A stretch of DNA of 64,000 nucleotides. It comes from a virus. The stretch covers positions 2,142 to 66,141 of IMG/VR virus record IMGVR_UViG_3300029725_000150; one strand, given 5' to 3'. Positions 1 through 12,000 of the stretch are shown here, one piece after another; positions within the stretch are counted from its first letter, which is position 1, and the number at the start of each line of letters is the position of its first letter. The translations under genes were made by a program, and so were the position numbers. The notes under the pieces are model-generated. The model was not told the DNA's origin. It did no database searches and saw only the letters and a program-made list of their open reading frames with translations.

Positions 1-337
1 ATTCATCTTGGGCATCCTCCCAATCGCAGTAATTGCAGTACCATACTGCACATTTTTTCATTATCCCTAATAACATTTCCCGGTCTTCCACAGGATCAAG
101 AGTACAGCTATGATGCAAGGCCATCAACAGCCTCTCGGTTCTTGATCCTTCGTTCCTGAATTTAAATGTCAATACATTCGGATTAAGCCCTATCAAGTCA
201 AAATCCCTATCAAACACCTCAAAAACGGAAGCCGAGCGTACATGCTCGATGATTGTCCTATCTCTCAATAAGTTCCCTTCATGAGAATGGGCATCCCAAA
301 ATACCCACTCCGGTAGATTAAGTTCTATTTGTTTCAT
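1..337 (-). CDS. hypothetical protein, 3' end truncated by the window edge (N-terminus MKQIELNLPEWVFWDAHSHEGNLL)
   Basis: Open frame on the minus strand running off the window start; ATG at 337-335. No recognisable family. Confidence 0.3.
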   Translation of the reverse strand, partial: MKQIELNLPEWVFWDAHSHEGNLLRDRTIIEHVRSASVFEVFDRDFDLIGLNPNVLTFKFRNEGSRTERLLMALHHSCTLDPVEDREMLLGIMKKCAVWYCNYCDWEDAQDE

Positions 338-483
338 AGATTATTGTAGGCCTCTACTATTTTATATAAACTCCTCGTTATTCTTTAGCCGGCTCCATGC
401 CTCCTCTCGGCTGGATTCTTCCGAGCGGGCGTGTACCTCGTCGCCTCCCGATAGATAGACTTTTATTAGATATTCCATAATGA

Positions 484-669
484 TCATTCTATATCTTCTA
501 TCGCATAATCTCCAGATGCAGCAGGAGCAAGCTCATTTACAATACTGTCAATTTTTTCCGCATCTTCATCAGATATTTCTATCTGCATATTTTCATTGCA
601 GATCATATTAATACCATTATTTTCTAAAATCTCCAATAATTCACGATTGTTGCAATATAATGTCTTCAT
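484..669 (-). CDS. small acidic hypothetical protein (61 aa)
   Basis: ORF track; co-oriented with the neighbouring small minus-strand genes. Confidence 0.3.
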   Translation of the reverse strand: MKTLYCNNRELLEILENNGINMICNENMQIEISDEDAEKIDSIVNELAPAASGDYAIEDIE

Positions 670-710
670 TTTTATTTGCCCGTCATGCCGATAGCTCAGC
701 GTTTAATTAT

Positions 711-947
711 TTAAAACGCTAAGTTGGTGTAATATGCGACGCCATTATTCATGTTCACGTTGAATTTTTTGCCATCCTCTAATCTGGCTACTATTTTATA
801 GCATCCCTTCTTCGAGTCATTATATATATGGCTTAACTCGTAATATTCATCTTCGGCAACATGGACAAATTGCTGAAACCGGTTGTAAACTAATTTTAGT
901 TCAACGTCTCTCTTAGAGAATCCATTTTCGTACTTAAAAGTTTTCAT
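711..947 (-). CDS. hypothetical protein (78 aa)
   Basis: ORF track; compact spacing with adjacent minus-strand ORFs. Confidence 0.35.
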   Translation of the reverse strand: MKTFKYENGFSKRDVELKLVYNRFQQFVHVAEDEYYELSHIYNDSKKGCYKIVARLEDGKKFNVNMNNGVAYYTNLAF

Positions 948-1056
948 GATTTTATGCCGCTTATAGGTTGCCGCCCTTTCTATTGTTATTTCTGTATTGC
1001 AAATATACTATCAAATTTGATAGTATGCAAGTTTTTCAATGATTATTTTTTATGCT

Positions 1057-1263
1057 TTATGGCATATTTTCTTTCTCTTTTTCTTCCAGCACTTTTTTAA
1101 GCTGATATAGGCTCAAAATATCATACTCAAATGTCGGATTGTCCCAATTTTTTCGGACAGAGTTCGTTTGGACAGAGATAAATTTTCGTAAGTCAAAGAT
1201 ATATTGACACGGGCTTAGCCTGATCTCATTAAATGTGATTTGATAGTTATCAAACCACTCCAA
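1057..1263 (-). CDS. hypothetical protein (68 aa)
   Basis: ORF track; divergent from the plus-strand block that starts at 1483. Confidence 0.3.
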   Translation of the reverse strand: MEWFDNYQITFNEIRLSPCQYIFDLRKFISVQTNSVRKNWDNPTFEYDILSLYQLKKVLEEKEKENMP

Positions 1264-1482
1264 AAGTTTTTTAAGTTACTCGTTCATGGTTATACAATAA
1301 AATTTGTTCTCGCAAATATACCAATAATGCCTATATGACCGGACCTAACTATGTACGAATGATTCGTAGATGATAGAAAACAGTATAGAATAGTTGATTT
1401 TTTGGTGTCCGATGGGAGATAATGATCAAAGTAACAAACACGAGTCACTTTATTTATCTCTTTTGCGAGAAAACAGTAGATT

Positions 1483-2028
1483 ATGATCGGAGCGATAGTT
1501 GGAGCCGCCAGTTCCTTGGCGAGTGGCATTGCCGGGGGAATAAAGGCAAGGAAGGCGGCTAGAAAAGCGAACGCCGTGTTGGATAAACAGGCAAAGGAGA
1601 ATGAGGATTGGTTTAACCGTAGGTATAACGAGGATTATACCCAAAGCGCGGAGGCGCAAGCCGCCTTGACCAAGGCTAGGGAATTAGCGGATGAGCAGTA
1701 CCGTAAGGCCTCCGGTACCGCCGCGGTCGTAGGAGCTACTGATGAGTCCGTAGCGCAGGCCAAGAAAGCGGCGGGCGAGGTGATATCCGATACCGCCAGT
1801 GGTATAGCCACTAACGCTACCGCACGGAAGGATGCTGTGGAATCCCAATATCTCAACACCAAGAATAATATCAGTAACCAAAGGCTGTCTATCTATAATC
1901 AACAGGCGGCAAACGCCACGCAAGCGGCTAATCAAGGATTACAGGCAGGGATGGGCCTCGTTGGGGCTGATGCGCAAGCCCATCTTGACAAGGGTAAGGG
2001 ATTATTCGAGTCTATATTCAAAAAGTAA
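1483..2028 (+). CDS. hypothetical protein with Gly/Ala-rich N-terminus and Ala/Gln-rich body; possible internal virion protein
   Basis: N-terminus MIGAIVGAASSLASGIAGGIKARKAARK is a glycine-zipper-like segment. First gene of an operon that ends with the giant protein. Confidence 0.5.
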   Translation: MIGAIVGAASSLASGIAGGIKARKAARKANAVLDKQAKENEDWFNRRYNEDYTQSAEAQAALTKARELADEQYRKASGTAAVVGATDESVAQAKKAAGEVISDTASGIATNATARKDAVESQYLNTKNNISNQRLSIYNQQAANATQAANQGLQAGMGLVGADAQAHLDKGKGLFESIFKK

Positions 2029-2033
2029 CAACC

Positions 2034-3083
2034 ATGACATTAGAAGAAAGATATAATAGGAAAAGAACCCCGGTCGTTCAAAGGCGGGAATTGTCCACTA
2101 CGCCATTGGTTGAGCCGGAGGTTGCCGGAAGCCAGAACCCTATAGCTCCAACCGTGGATAATACGGATGAGACCGCTCCGCAAGCGAGCGTTGTCGAGCC
2201 TCAAATGAACGATTACCAATGGAACCAAAGGCTTTATGAGACGCTCTTTCAAAAGCCGATAAGCCAAGAGGAGGAGGAGAGAAGAAAACGGGCCGCTTCC
2301 GTAGCTGCTGGAATCGGACATCTAGGCAATGTGTTGTCTTCCTTCTCCAATTTGGCATTCGCGGGAGAGGCACCTTCGCAGAAATTACCTACCGTAGCTG
2401 ATCCTAAACTACAATCCTATTCTGATAGGCTGGAGGCTATCAGGCAAAGATACGGGGCCGGGTATCTGGCCGCAAGGCAAAACGATATGAATAATTATCA
2501 AAGGGCGTTATCTCTGTATAGACAGGATCAAGCTAGAAAAGCCCAGAATGATTTGGCAAAAGCCAAGATAGCGCAAAGTGCCGCTCAATTCGCAATAAAG
2601 AATGACAGGGAGGAGCGGAAGATGAAACAGGATGCCGCATATAAAGAGAGAGAGTTGGGTATAAGGCAATCCAATCTCCGTAGTCTTGAGCAATATCGTA
2701 CCGCTAAAGCTAATGGATCTGGGGCGGATAAGTCTATTGACATCATCGGCAGAAACGGTAAACGTTTCACTTTGTCCGGTAAGGATAAAGATGGGGTTAT
2801 CGCTTATATGTATAAGAGGATGTTGGAGTATGCGGAGGAAAATAAAGATAAAAACAAGAGCGTATCGGATGTAACGTGGCAGCTTGGTGAAGGTGGAGAC
2901 CAAAAGACCAAACAAGCCGCTATTGTCATGAGTAACATCCAGAATTTCCCGGAATTATACGATGAGTTTGATAGGGTGATCGGATCGGGAGGTTCTTCTA
3001 GTAAGGGCAAGCATATCCCTTTAAACGATGAAGGAGGAACAGAAAATACAAACGAAAAATACAGCTGGATTCATGGATTCTAA
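2034..3083 (+). CDS. hypothetical protein (349 aa), co-transcribed with the giant protein gene
   Basis: Long ORF 6 nt after the previous gene; its 3' end overlaps the start of the giant ORF. Charged, coiled-coil-like central region. Confidence 0.5.
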   Translation: MTLEERYNRKRTPVVQRRELSTTPLVEPEVAGSQNPIAPTVDNTDETAPQASVVEPQMNDYQWNQRLYETLFQKPISQEEEERRKRAASVAAGIGHLGNVLSSFSNLAFAGEAPSQKLPTVADPKLQSYSDRLEAIRQRYGAGYLAARQNDMNNYQRALSLYRQDQARKAQNDLAKAKIAQSAAQFAIKNDREERKMKQDAAYKERELGIRQSNLRSLEQYRTAKANGSGADKSIDIIGRNGKRFTLSGKDKDGVIAYMYKRMLEYAEENKDKNKSVSDVTWQLGEGGDQKTKQAAIVMSNIQNFPELYDEFDRVIGSGGSSSKGKHIPLNDEGGTENTNEKYSWIHGF

Positions 3084-6000
3084 TGTAAAACATTTATATG
3101 ATGCTATGATTAGCCAAGGATATACGGGACTTGGCGATTTCTCTAATTTTGAGGGTAAGATGAAAGACTCTGGAAAGAGGAGAATGGTTTATGATTATTT
3201 GATACAAGATGATTATTTCTCCGAGATAGGCGATTTCTCCAAATTCGAGAGTGCCCTAGGCTATTCGCCCGCAGAGAGGAAAGATTACGTTTCTCAATCA
3301 AGCGTTAATCCTGCACCTATCGCTTTAAGACAAGAGGTTGACGTGCCTATGAAGGATCAATCGGAATACGTTAATCCGTGGACGAACTCACCTGATTACA
3401 ATTTTGAGTCCTTGCGTAAAAAAGGAAAGATTGAGACCGCGACTCCTCCACCTCCTACGGAGTATGAGAAGGATTCTTCTTTAATGAATACTTGGGCTGG
3501 AGACGCCATACAGAAACTTAACGCAGGAGGTGCCGATCTTGGTGCCGGTATCTTTGGGGTCTTGGATAAGGCGGCTAAAGGGTTGGAATCCGCAACGGGA
3601 GGACTGATCCCACGTGGCGGGGCATTCAAGGATATCTCAGATAGATTCAAGGCTGATGCGGAGTTTTCCCGGGCAAGGTCAAACAGATACAATGGCAAGG
3701 ATTTCACCGATCTTTGGAAAGAAGGGAATTATATGGGTGCCATAGGTGATATAGCCTTGCAAGGCGTAGAGTCGCTTCCGATGTCAATCGGGGCCATGGC
3801 CGCTACAATGGCCGGAGCTCCAGCGGCCGGACTCGCTGGTATAGGGTCAATAGTGGCTAGCCAGAAATATGATGATCTCGATCAGAATAACCCAAACATG
3901 GGAGAGTTCGCAAAGGTATCTAACGCTATTCTTACTGGTACGGCAGAATCCTTGTCTGAGATGCTGGGCGCTGGCGTATCCAAGGCTTGGATGTCAACCT
4001 TATTCAAGACGTTAGGAAAGGAAAAGGCGCAAGAGGCTATCAAACGTGGCATAATGGGTAAGATGCAAGAGTTCTATAAAAAATTCGGTATGTTTTTCGA
4101 GCCTGTAAATGAAGGTATCGAAGAGGTGTCTTCCACGCTAGCGGAGAATATAACGGATAAGATAACTGGTGCGGATCCGGAAAGGGATTTGACCGATGGT
4201 GTATTGCAGAGTTTTGTCTATGGTATGGGAGGCGGCGCTTATTTTACTGGAGCCGGAGCGTTGGCTAAAGGTGCGCAATACGTAGCGGATAAAATAGGAG
4301 GCAAACAGGCTCAGCAGCCTATCACCGATTCCAATGTAACAGATCAAGGCGTTGGAACTCCTCCTCTATTAACTAAGTCTAGGTTTGCCGAGGCAGAGGA
4401 AGAAGGTCGAAATATGACTGATCCGGGCAATATACGAACGGCGAGCAAAAAGATGGAAGAGACAAGGCTTTCCCTATCTGAAATGGTACCGGGTTTGGCT
4501 AGTACGATAGAAAGCTATGTGGATGATAAAGCTAGCGAGGCTCAAGTGATGAGCCTTCTTGATGGGGTTAATGCGGATGCCCGTCCGTTAGCCGAGGAAT
4601 TCTACGCTGATTATCTCAGGATATCCGGTTTGCAGGATCGTATAGGCGAGGAAATAGACAATGAGGTTGAAACTTACGTTGCCAATAATATTACTCCTTA
4701 TGTTACCACGAATCCTGATGGTCAGTCTATCGTTACCACGGCTACGCTTAGCGAGGGAAATGTGGAAAGACCTGTGTACGTTAGGAGTATCGAGGGAGAT
4801 AAGGCCGTTATTTCCGATAACGGACAGGATCGGATGGTCTCGGTGAAAAGGTTGAGCGATATAGTAGAGCAAGATGCCGGTTATATGAGACGGACCTATG
4901 AGGATCAATTATTGGCTACCCGCCAGTCCGAGCTTGACATGACCATGCATCATAATCCCAAGACGCAATTACCAAAGCCGGGGTTGATCGTATGGAACGG
5001 GGATAATGCGTTTATCCTTCAAGGACAAGATGAGAACGGTGATTGGATCGCTCAACCTGCGGCTTATGATAGAGAAACCGGGCAGGTGACAGCCAAGAAT
5101 GGCTCTTCTCCAGCAATGCCTATAACAGAGAATGAGATTCTTGATCTTCAAGATGCCATATATGACGCTCAACAAGTTAATGTGGTGTCGCCAAAGGATG
5201 ATAATGTTGCAAGTGCTGATGCCGAGATAACCTCTGCACCTCCCGTGGAAGATGCGATCAACCAGCCAACGAGTGAGATTGAGACGGAAAGTGCCATTGA
5301 TCAGATAGCACAACCTAGCAATGTGGAGAATCCTTCCATGGTCATGCGAGAAGATGGTACACCCGATTTCGTATCATCAGGAACGGATATGGCCTTGGAT
5401 TTCCTCTATGATAAATATGGCGATAAGATGCCAAGGAAGATCGAGGTGACGAGAAAGTCTTTCGATGAAAGCCTTAAAAAAGCGTCTGATGCCTTGGGAA
5501 AGGCGCAAGAGGCATACGATGATGCCCCTATCGGAAAAGAGGATAAGCCTGAGGCCGCATTGATAAAAGCCCGACAAGAATATGAGGCGATCAAGGTCGA
5601 GGCTGATTTCTGGGCTAATCTTGATGATGATATCAAGGAGGCCAGCAAGAAGCCGGGTGATGTCATAGCGAAGGAGATCTCCGTGATAGGTGATCCTATG
5701 AGCGGAGAGGAGCTTGCGGCCATGATGCTGGCTAATGGGGCGATCAAATTGACACGTGACAGTTACAAGAAAGAGACCGGTGCCGGGAATAATGAGACAG
5801 CGAGGATGTTCGGACTGTTCGCCTCTCCGGAGAAAGGCGGTGTTAATATAGAGAGGGCGGGTGAGATATTGGAGCTTGCCGATAGGGAGAATGGCACTAA
5901 CTTCTTCGATGAGAACGATACGAACGCCGGAAGGGACGCTATCATAGAGGTCTTGTCTTCCTCTCATACACGTGGAGACTTGATCGATTATGTCAAGCGG

Positions 6001-9000
6001 AACCGTGAGGCGATCGCTGAGCGTGAGAGACAGGCCGAGTACAACGCTTACGCTGAGTGGTGCGAGGAGAATTATCATATGTCCCCGGAAGAATACGAGG
6101 CGTATGAGGAAAGCATGGTACGTGATTTCTCGGAGAAACAATTGACTGATGAGGAGCGAGGCGAGCTTGATTCGCAAATCGTGGATGAAATACAGGCCAT
6201 AATTGACGAACAAAATGAAATAGACGCTATCTTAGCGCAAAATAAACCGATAGAAAATGAAAACATTGAAGGAAATGACGAAAGCGGAGGCGATGGCTTA
6301 CGCGAGGGAGGCGGCGAGGTACTGCCAAGAGAACAACTTGATCAGACCGGGCGAGCTGGAGAAACTGAGGCAAGAGAACAAGTTGGCACCGGTATTGATC
6401 GCACGGATGGAGCTACACAAGAAGGCGCATCCATTATAGATAAAATACGATATAGTTCTCCTGTAGAGATAACAGGAAATGAGATATCTCCAAGCGAAGA
6501 CTTAAGAGAGTATAAGAAAAATGCTTTGGAGTATGGGAAATCTCTAAGGGGTGAATATATAAACAAGGATTCCGGTAAAACAATATTCTTGGGAAAGAAC
6601 GCTATCAAGGAAGTATTGCACCATGATTATAAGAATGTGGAACAACTTCAAAGTATAGCGGCTATTCCTAAGATAATAGAGAACGCTATTTTTGTGACAT
6701 CACAAGAAAATACGGACTCAAAGGTAAATGCGGAGTCTTTTGATTATTATGTATGCGGATTAAGGATCGGAGACGTTGATTATACGGTTCGTGCGGTTTT
6801 CGTAAAACCTAAAGATGGTGATAGGTATTATGATCATAAATTGACTAGAATAGAAAAAGGGAAATTGATTGATTCACTATTCGGGACAACTCCCGGTTTT
6901 AATCAAACGACTTCCCTCGTTTCTGGAAGCGAAGATAAGAAATTGATTTCTATCTTGCAAGATAAAGTGTTTGAAAAAGATGCGAAAGAGGCTAAATCTT
7001 TTGTCGCTCCTTCCCCAAAGGAGAATGAGAACCCCTTGGACTATGCCGAGCGCATAGTGGAGGCTAAGAGATTGCACGATGAGGAGCTAAAGGTTGACAC
7101 TAACCCTTCCGAGGCGCAGAAAGAGGCCGGGAATTACAAGAAAGGTCATGTAAAGATAAACGGTTTCGATGTTTCCATAGAGCAGCCCGCCGGTTCCGTC
7201 CGTTCCGGTAAGGACGCTAGCGGAAAGGAGTGGTCGCAGGCTATGAATAACACTTACGGTTACATTCGAGGTACTAAAGGTGTGGATGGTGATCATATAG
7301 ACGTATTCCTAGGTCCGGATATGAATAGTGACATGGTGTATGTCGTGGATCAGGTGAATACTGATGGCTCATTCGATGAGCATAAGGTTATGATGGGATT
7401 CTCTTCCTTGGAAGACGCTAGGTCCGCTTACTTGTCAAACTATGAGGAAGGTTGGCAAGGGTTAGGCAACATTACCGGGGTAGCGTTGGATGAGTTCAAG
7501 AAATGGATTGATTCTTCAATCCGGAAGACCAAACCGTTTTCAGACTATAAAATGACCAAAGAAAACCCTAACTTATCATTACGGGATATCGTTGAGTCCA
7601 GTGGAGGTCATATAGTTGTAGGAAATCCGGGACTTACTGTATATAAAAAAGAAACTGTAGCGAAAAAAACTAACGGAAACAAACTTGTTTCCGAAGAGCG
7701 TTATGAGGAACTTAAAAAACGAATGCGGGCAAAACTCGGCGGTCAAATGAATATGGGTATTGATCCTGAGATACTGGCGATAGGTACTGAAATGGCAGTT
7801 TATCATATAGAGAAAGGATTGCGTAAGTTCTCTGATTACTCAAAGGCAATGATCGATGATCTAGGTGACGCTATACGACCGTATCTTAAATCATTCTACA
7901 ATGGAGCGAGGGATTTGCCGGAAGTAGGAGATAACGGATGGGATAAGGATATGACCACTTATGAGGATGTCCGTTCGTTTGATGTAGCTAATTTTGATAA
8001 GCCTGTCCCGGATATAATGGATGCCGCTGAGACCGTGATTAAAGAGACTGAGATTGCCGTACAAGCGAGTGCCGCAGAGAAAAAAATAAAAAATAGCCGG
8101 AAAAAGCGAACGGACAACAAGGACAAACCATTACCTTTGTATGGTAACGATTTATTCACTCCTAATAATATTAAAGACAATGAGCAAGGAAATTCAAGAG
8201 CGGATCAAGGCGTGGGAAGAAAAGCACGGGAAGAGGATCGAGGATCTGAACGCGGAGGAGACCGTGGAGGCGTGCATGGAAGTGATGTGCTTGACACGGA
8301 GCGAGGCCGAGGAATACCTATCAGCGACAGCGACAAGCGGCCTGTTGTAAGGAATCAAAACAATTTCAGCTTCCCGGAGAAAGGGATTGAACTTCCTTCC
8401 GGTGATATATCCAAGCTAAAAGCCAATATTGAGGCGATAGAAACGCTGAAAGACGTAGAGGACGGCCAAGGAAAACCTACCCCGGAACAACAAGCCAAGA
8501 TGTCAAGGTACGTTGGATGGGGAGGTTTGGCCGAAGCCTTGAACGAAGCCAAATACAACGCACGTGACAACAATTGGACTAAGGATCGAAATTGGAATGA
8601 TAAGTATCTACGTTATTATGAGAAACTAAAATCCTTATTAAGTAAAGAAGAGTTCGACAGTGCCGTCCGTTCCACGACAACCTCTCATTATACCCCGTCC
8701 GAGGTCGTGGAAAGCTTATGGGGAATAACGGAGAAACTTGGATTCAAGGGTGGCAATATCAGTGAACCCGCTATGGGTATAGGCAACATAATCGGTATGA
8801 TGCCTAGGTCTATATCTGAAAACTCAAGTATAAGTGGGTTCGAGATAGATAGTTTATCCGGTCGTATGGCAAAGGCTTTATATCCTGACGCTAATATAAA
8901 GGTGCAGGGATATGAGAAAGCGTTTTCTCCAAACTCGAAAGACTTAGTTATCACCAACGTCCCATTCGGGAAAAACGCTCCATATGATAAGGTTTTAGAT

Positions 9001-12000
9001 AAGCAATTCAGGAAAAAACTTGGTTCCTCTTATAATCTCCATAATTATTTTATCCTAAAGGGGCTTCTGGAATTGAAAGAAGGTGGTCTCGGCGTATTCG
9101 TCACGTCCTCGGCTACGATGGATGGGGCCGATAGTAAGTTCCGTGAGTACGTGAGTGGGAACGGTTATGATCTGGTCGGAGCTATCCGATTGCCTAATGA
9201 CGCTTTCCAGAAAGGGGCCGGCACGAGTGTCACGGCCGACATCGTTATATTCCGTAAAAGAAAGTATGGGGAACCTTCGAATGGGATAGGGTTCGCTACT
9301 ACAACGCAAATAGGTGAAGGAACTTATATGGAGGACGGGGATAAAAGGAGCAAGCCTATCATGGTTAACGAGTATTTCTCCAATCATCCCGATATGATGT
9401 TAGGTGATATGATGACCGCTTATGACGCTGGTAGCGGAGGTCTATATAGTGGAGCGTCCCAGACATTGAAAGCCAAACCCGGGGCCGATTTAAGCAAGGA
9501 GCTATTTAACGCTATTGATAACTTACCAAAGAATATCCTATCAGGTGTTGTAGAGACTAAAGGGCCGGAGGTTGTGGGTGACTCCACTTTGAAAGATGGT
9601 ACTATTACCGTCCAGAATGGCAATGTCTTTGTTTTAGATGGAGAGTCGTTAAAACCGATTAAGGCAAATCCTACGTTCGTTCATAATGGTAAGACCCGGA
9701 AAATAGCGGATGCGGTAAATGATTACAATGATATAAAGAAAAATCTATACGATCTTATCCATGATGAGCAAACAAAGGGTGTGGACCCCGAGCCCGCGAG
9801 GAAAAGGCTAAACAAAGTATATGATGCTTTCGTGTCCAAATATGGGACACTTAACAGGAACAAGGCTTTGGACGATATTTTCGCCGAGGATGTTGAGCAT
9901 GGATTACCCTTCTCTTTGGAAACCGTTAGAAGGGTACCTTCCACGACCGGAAAATCTATGGTATGGGAAGTCTCGAAAGCGGATGGTATCTTGAATAAGC
10001 GTGTAAGTTATCCATTCGAGCTACCGACAAAAGCGGATAATGTCTTGGATGCCGTCAATATAAGCAAGTCATATAAAGGTAATATTGATATACCTTATAT
10101 CTCGGAGATAACGGGTATGGATGAGGTGAACGTGACAAACGAGATACTAGAGAAGGGAATTGCTTATAGGGATCCTGTTACCGGAAATATAATAGATAAG
10201 AGCGAATATCTCTCTGGAAACGTAAAAGATAAGTTGGTAGAGGCTAAGGCGGCCTTGGAAGATCATCCGGAGTTTCAAAAAAACGTGGATGACTTGGAAG
10301 CCGTACAGCCAGAACGTATACCCTATGGTGAGATAAGTTATCGACTGGGGACTACATGGATCCCGTCTGAGTTTATAAATAATTTCGCTGATAATGTACT
10401 GGGTATATCTTACGCTAACGCTAATTTTATCCCGGAGATCGGTGAGTATATTCTTGATAAGAGGGCGTTCATAACCGATTACGCTAAAGCCGGTCAATTC
10501 AAGACTGAGAGAATGGACGCTATAGACGTGTTCAAGGCCGCTCTTAACCAACGTAAACCCAAGGTTTATGACGAGATTAAATATTATGAGGACGGTAAGC
10601 AGAAAACGAGAAGGGTCGTAAACGAGCAGGAGACACAGGCCGTTGCCGAGAAAATATCCGACATGTCCGATAAGTTTGTGGAGTATATTGATTCTAAAAC
10701 GATGTTCCATGGTCGTATTGAGGACGTGTATAATGATAAATATAACAACTATGTACTAAAAAAGTATGACAAACCGGTTTTTGAGCATTATCCTAACGCT
10801 AATAAGAATATAACGCTTAGGGATCACCAGAGCAAGGCGGTGCAACGTTGTCTATCCGAGAGCACGTTACTCGCTCACCAAGTCGGTACGGGAAAGACCT
10901 TTACCATGATTACGTCCGCTATGGAAATGAGACGGCTAGGTATAGCGAAGAAACCCATGATCGTTGTCCAAAACGCTACCCTAGAGGATTTCGTCCGTGA
11001 CTTTTATAAACTGTATCCTTCCGCTAAGATTCTATCTCCGACAAAGGAGGAGCGTAATGCCGATAATAGGACAAGGCTGTTCAATCTTATAGCTACCGGA
11101 GATTTTGACGCTATCGTTGTCCCACAGTCATTCATGGCGTTTATCCCGGATAGCGAGGAAAGGAAAAAGGCATATATCCAAAAGCGTATAGATGATTTTG
11201 AGGAGGCTGTCGATCGCATAGAAGACAAGGCTTTACAGGAGAGATTGAAAAGGGAGGCCAAAAGTATGCGTGATTCTCTGGAAGGTATAAAGAAAGGGAA
11301 AAACGTAAAGGGCAAGGCAAAGACTGCGGAGACTATCACGGCCAAGACGGAGCGTATTCTTGACAGGCGGACTGATAATGTCATGACGTTTGAGCAAATG
11401 GGTGTTGACGCTTTGTTCATCGACGAGGCGCATAATTATAAGAAGATCGGGTTTCCAAGCAAGATGTCGAACGTTAAAGGTATCGATACGAGCGCGTCAC
11501 AAAGAGCTAATAGTATGTTGCTAAAAGCCCAATGGATATCTGAGAATAATGGTGGTCGAAACGTGGTTCTGGCAACCGGTACCCCTATCACTAATACAAT
11601 GGCAGAGGTCTGGACTATGATGAATTTCGTGGCACCCGATATCCTAGACGCATATAATATCAATAGCTTTGACGAGTTCGCTACCACTTTTGGAACGGTT
11701 GAGCCATCATTGGAGTTTACCGCTACCGGTAACTTTAAGATAGCCGAGAGGTTCAAGAGCTATACGAATGTCCCGGAGCTTATAAAGGCGTTCAGGAGCC
11801 ATACGGACGTTGTCTTGACTGAGGATGTCAAGGAGTTCAAGGAAGACAAGAATATCCCTAAGTTGAAAGACAATAAGATGACCAATGTCATTGTCGAGAA
11901 GAACGAGGACTTGGAGGATGTCATGCAAACCCTTATCAAGGAATTAGAGGATTATAACAAATTGACAGGAAAAGAGAAGAAGGATAAGAGCGCACTACCC

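Noticed and set aside
6257-6439. Alternative-frame ORF (60 aa, MKTLKEMTKAEAMAYAREAARYCQENNL...) inside the giant gene, at the point where the main frame becomes low-complexity G/E-rich
   Set aside because: The main 14.5-kb frame is uninterrupted and far beyond chance. Purine-rich linker DNA commonly yields plausible-looking K/E/L-rich peptides in other frames. No RBS is present. Treated as spurious, though a sequencing frameshift check on reads would settle it.
8141-8350. Alternative-frame ORF (69 aa, ...MSKEIQERIKAWEEKHGKRIEDLNAEETVEACMEVMCLTRSEAEEYL) overlapping the Gly/Arg/Asp-rich linker of the giant protein
   Set aside because: Same reasoning: it is embedded in a continuous giant frame, and purine-rich repeats explain its protein-like appearance.
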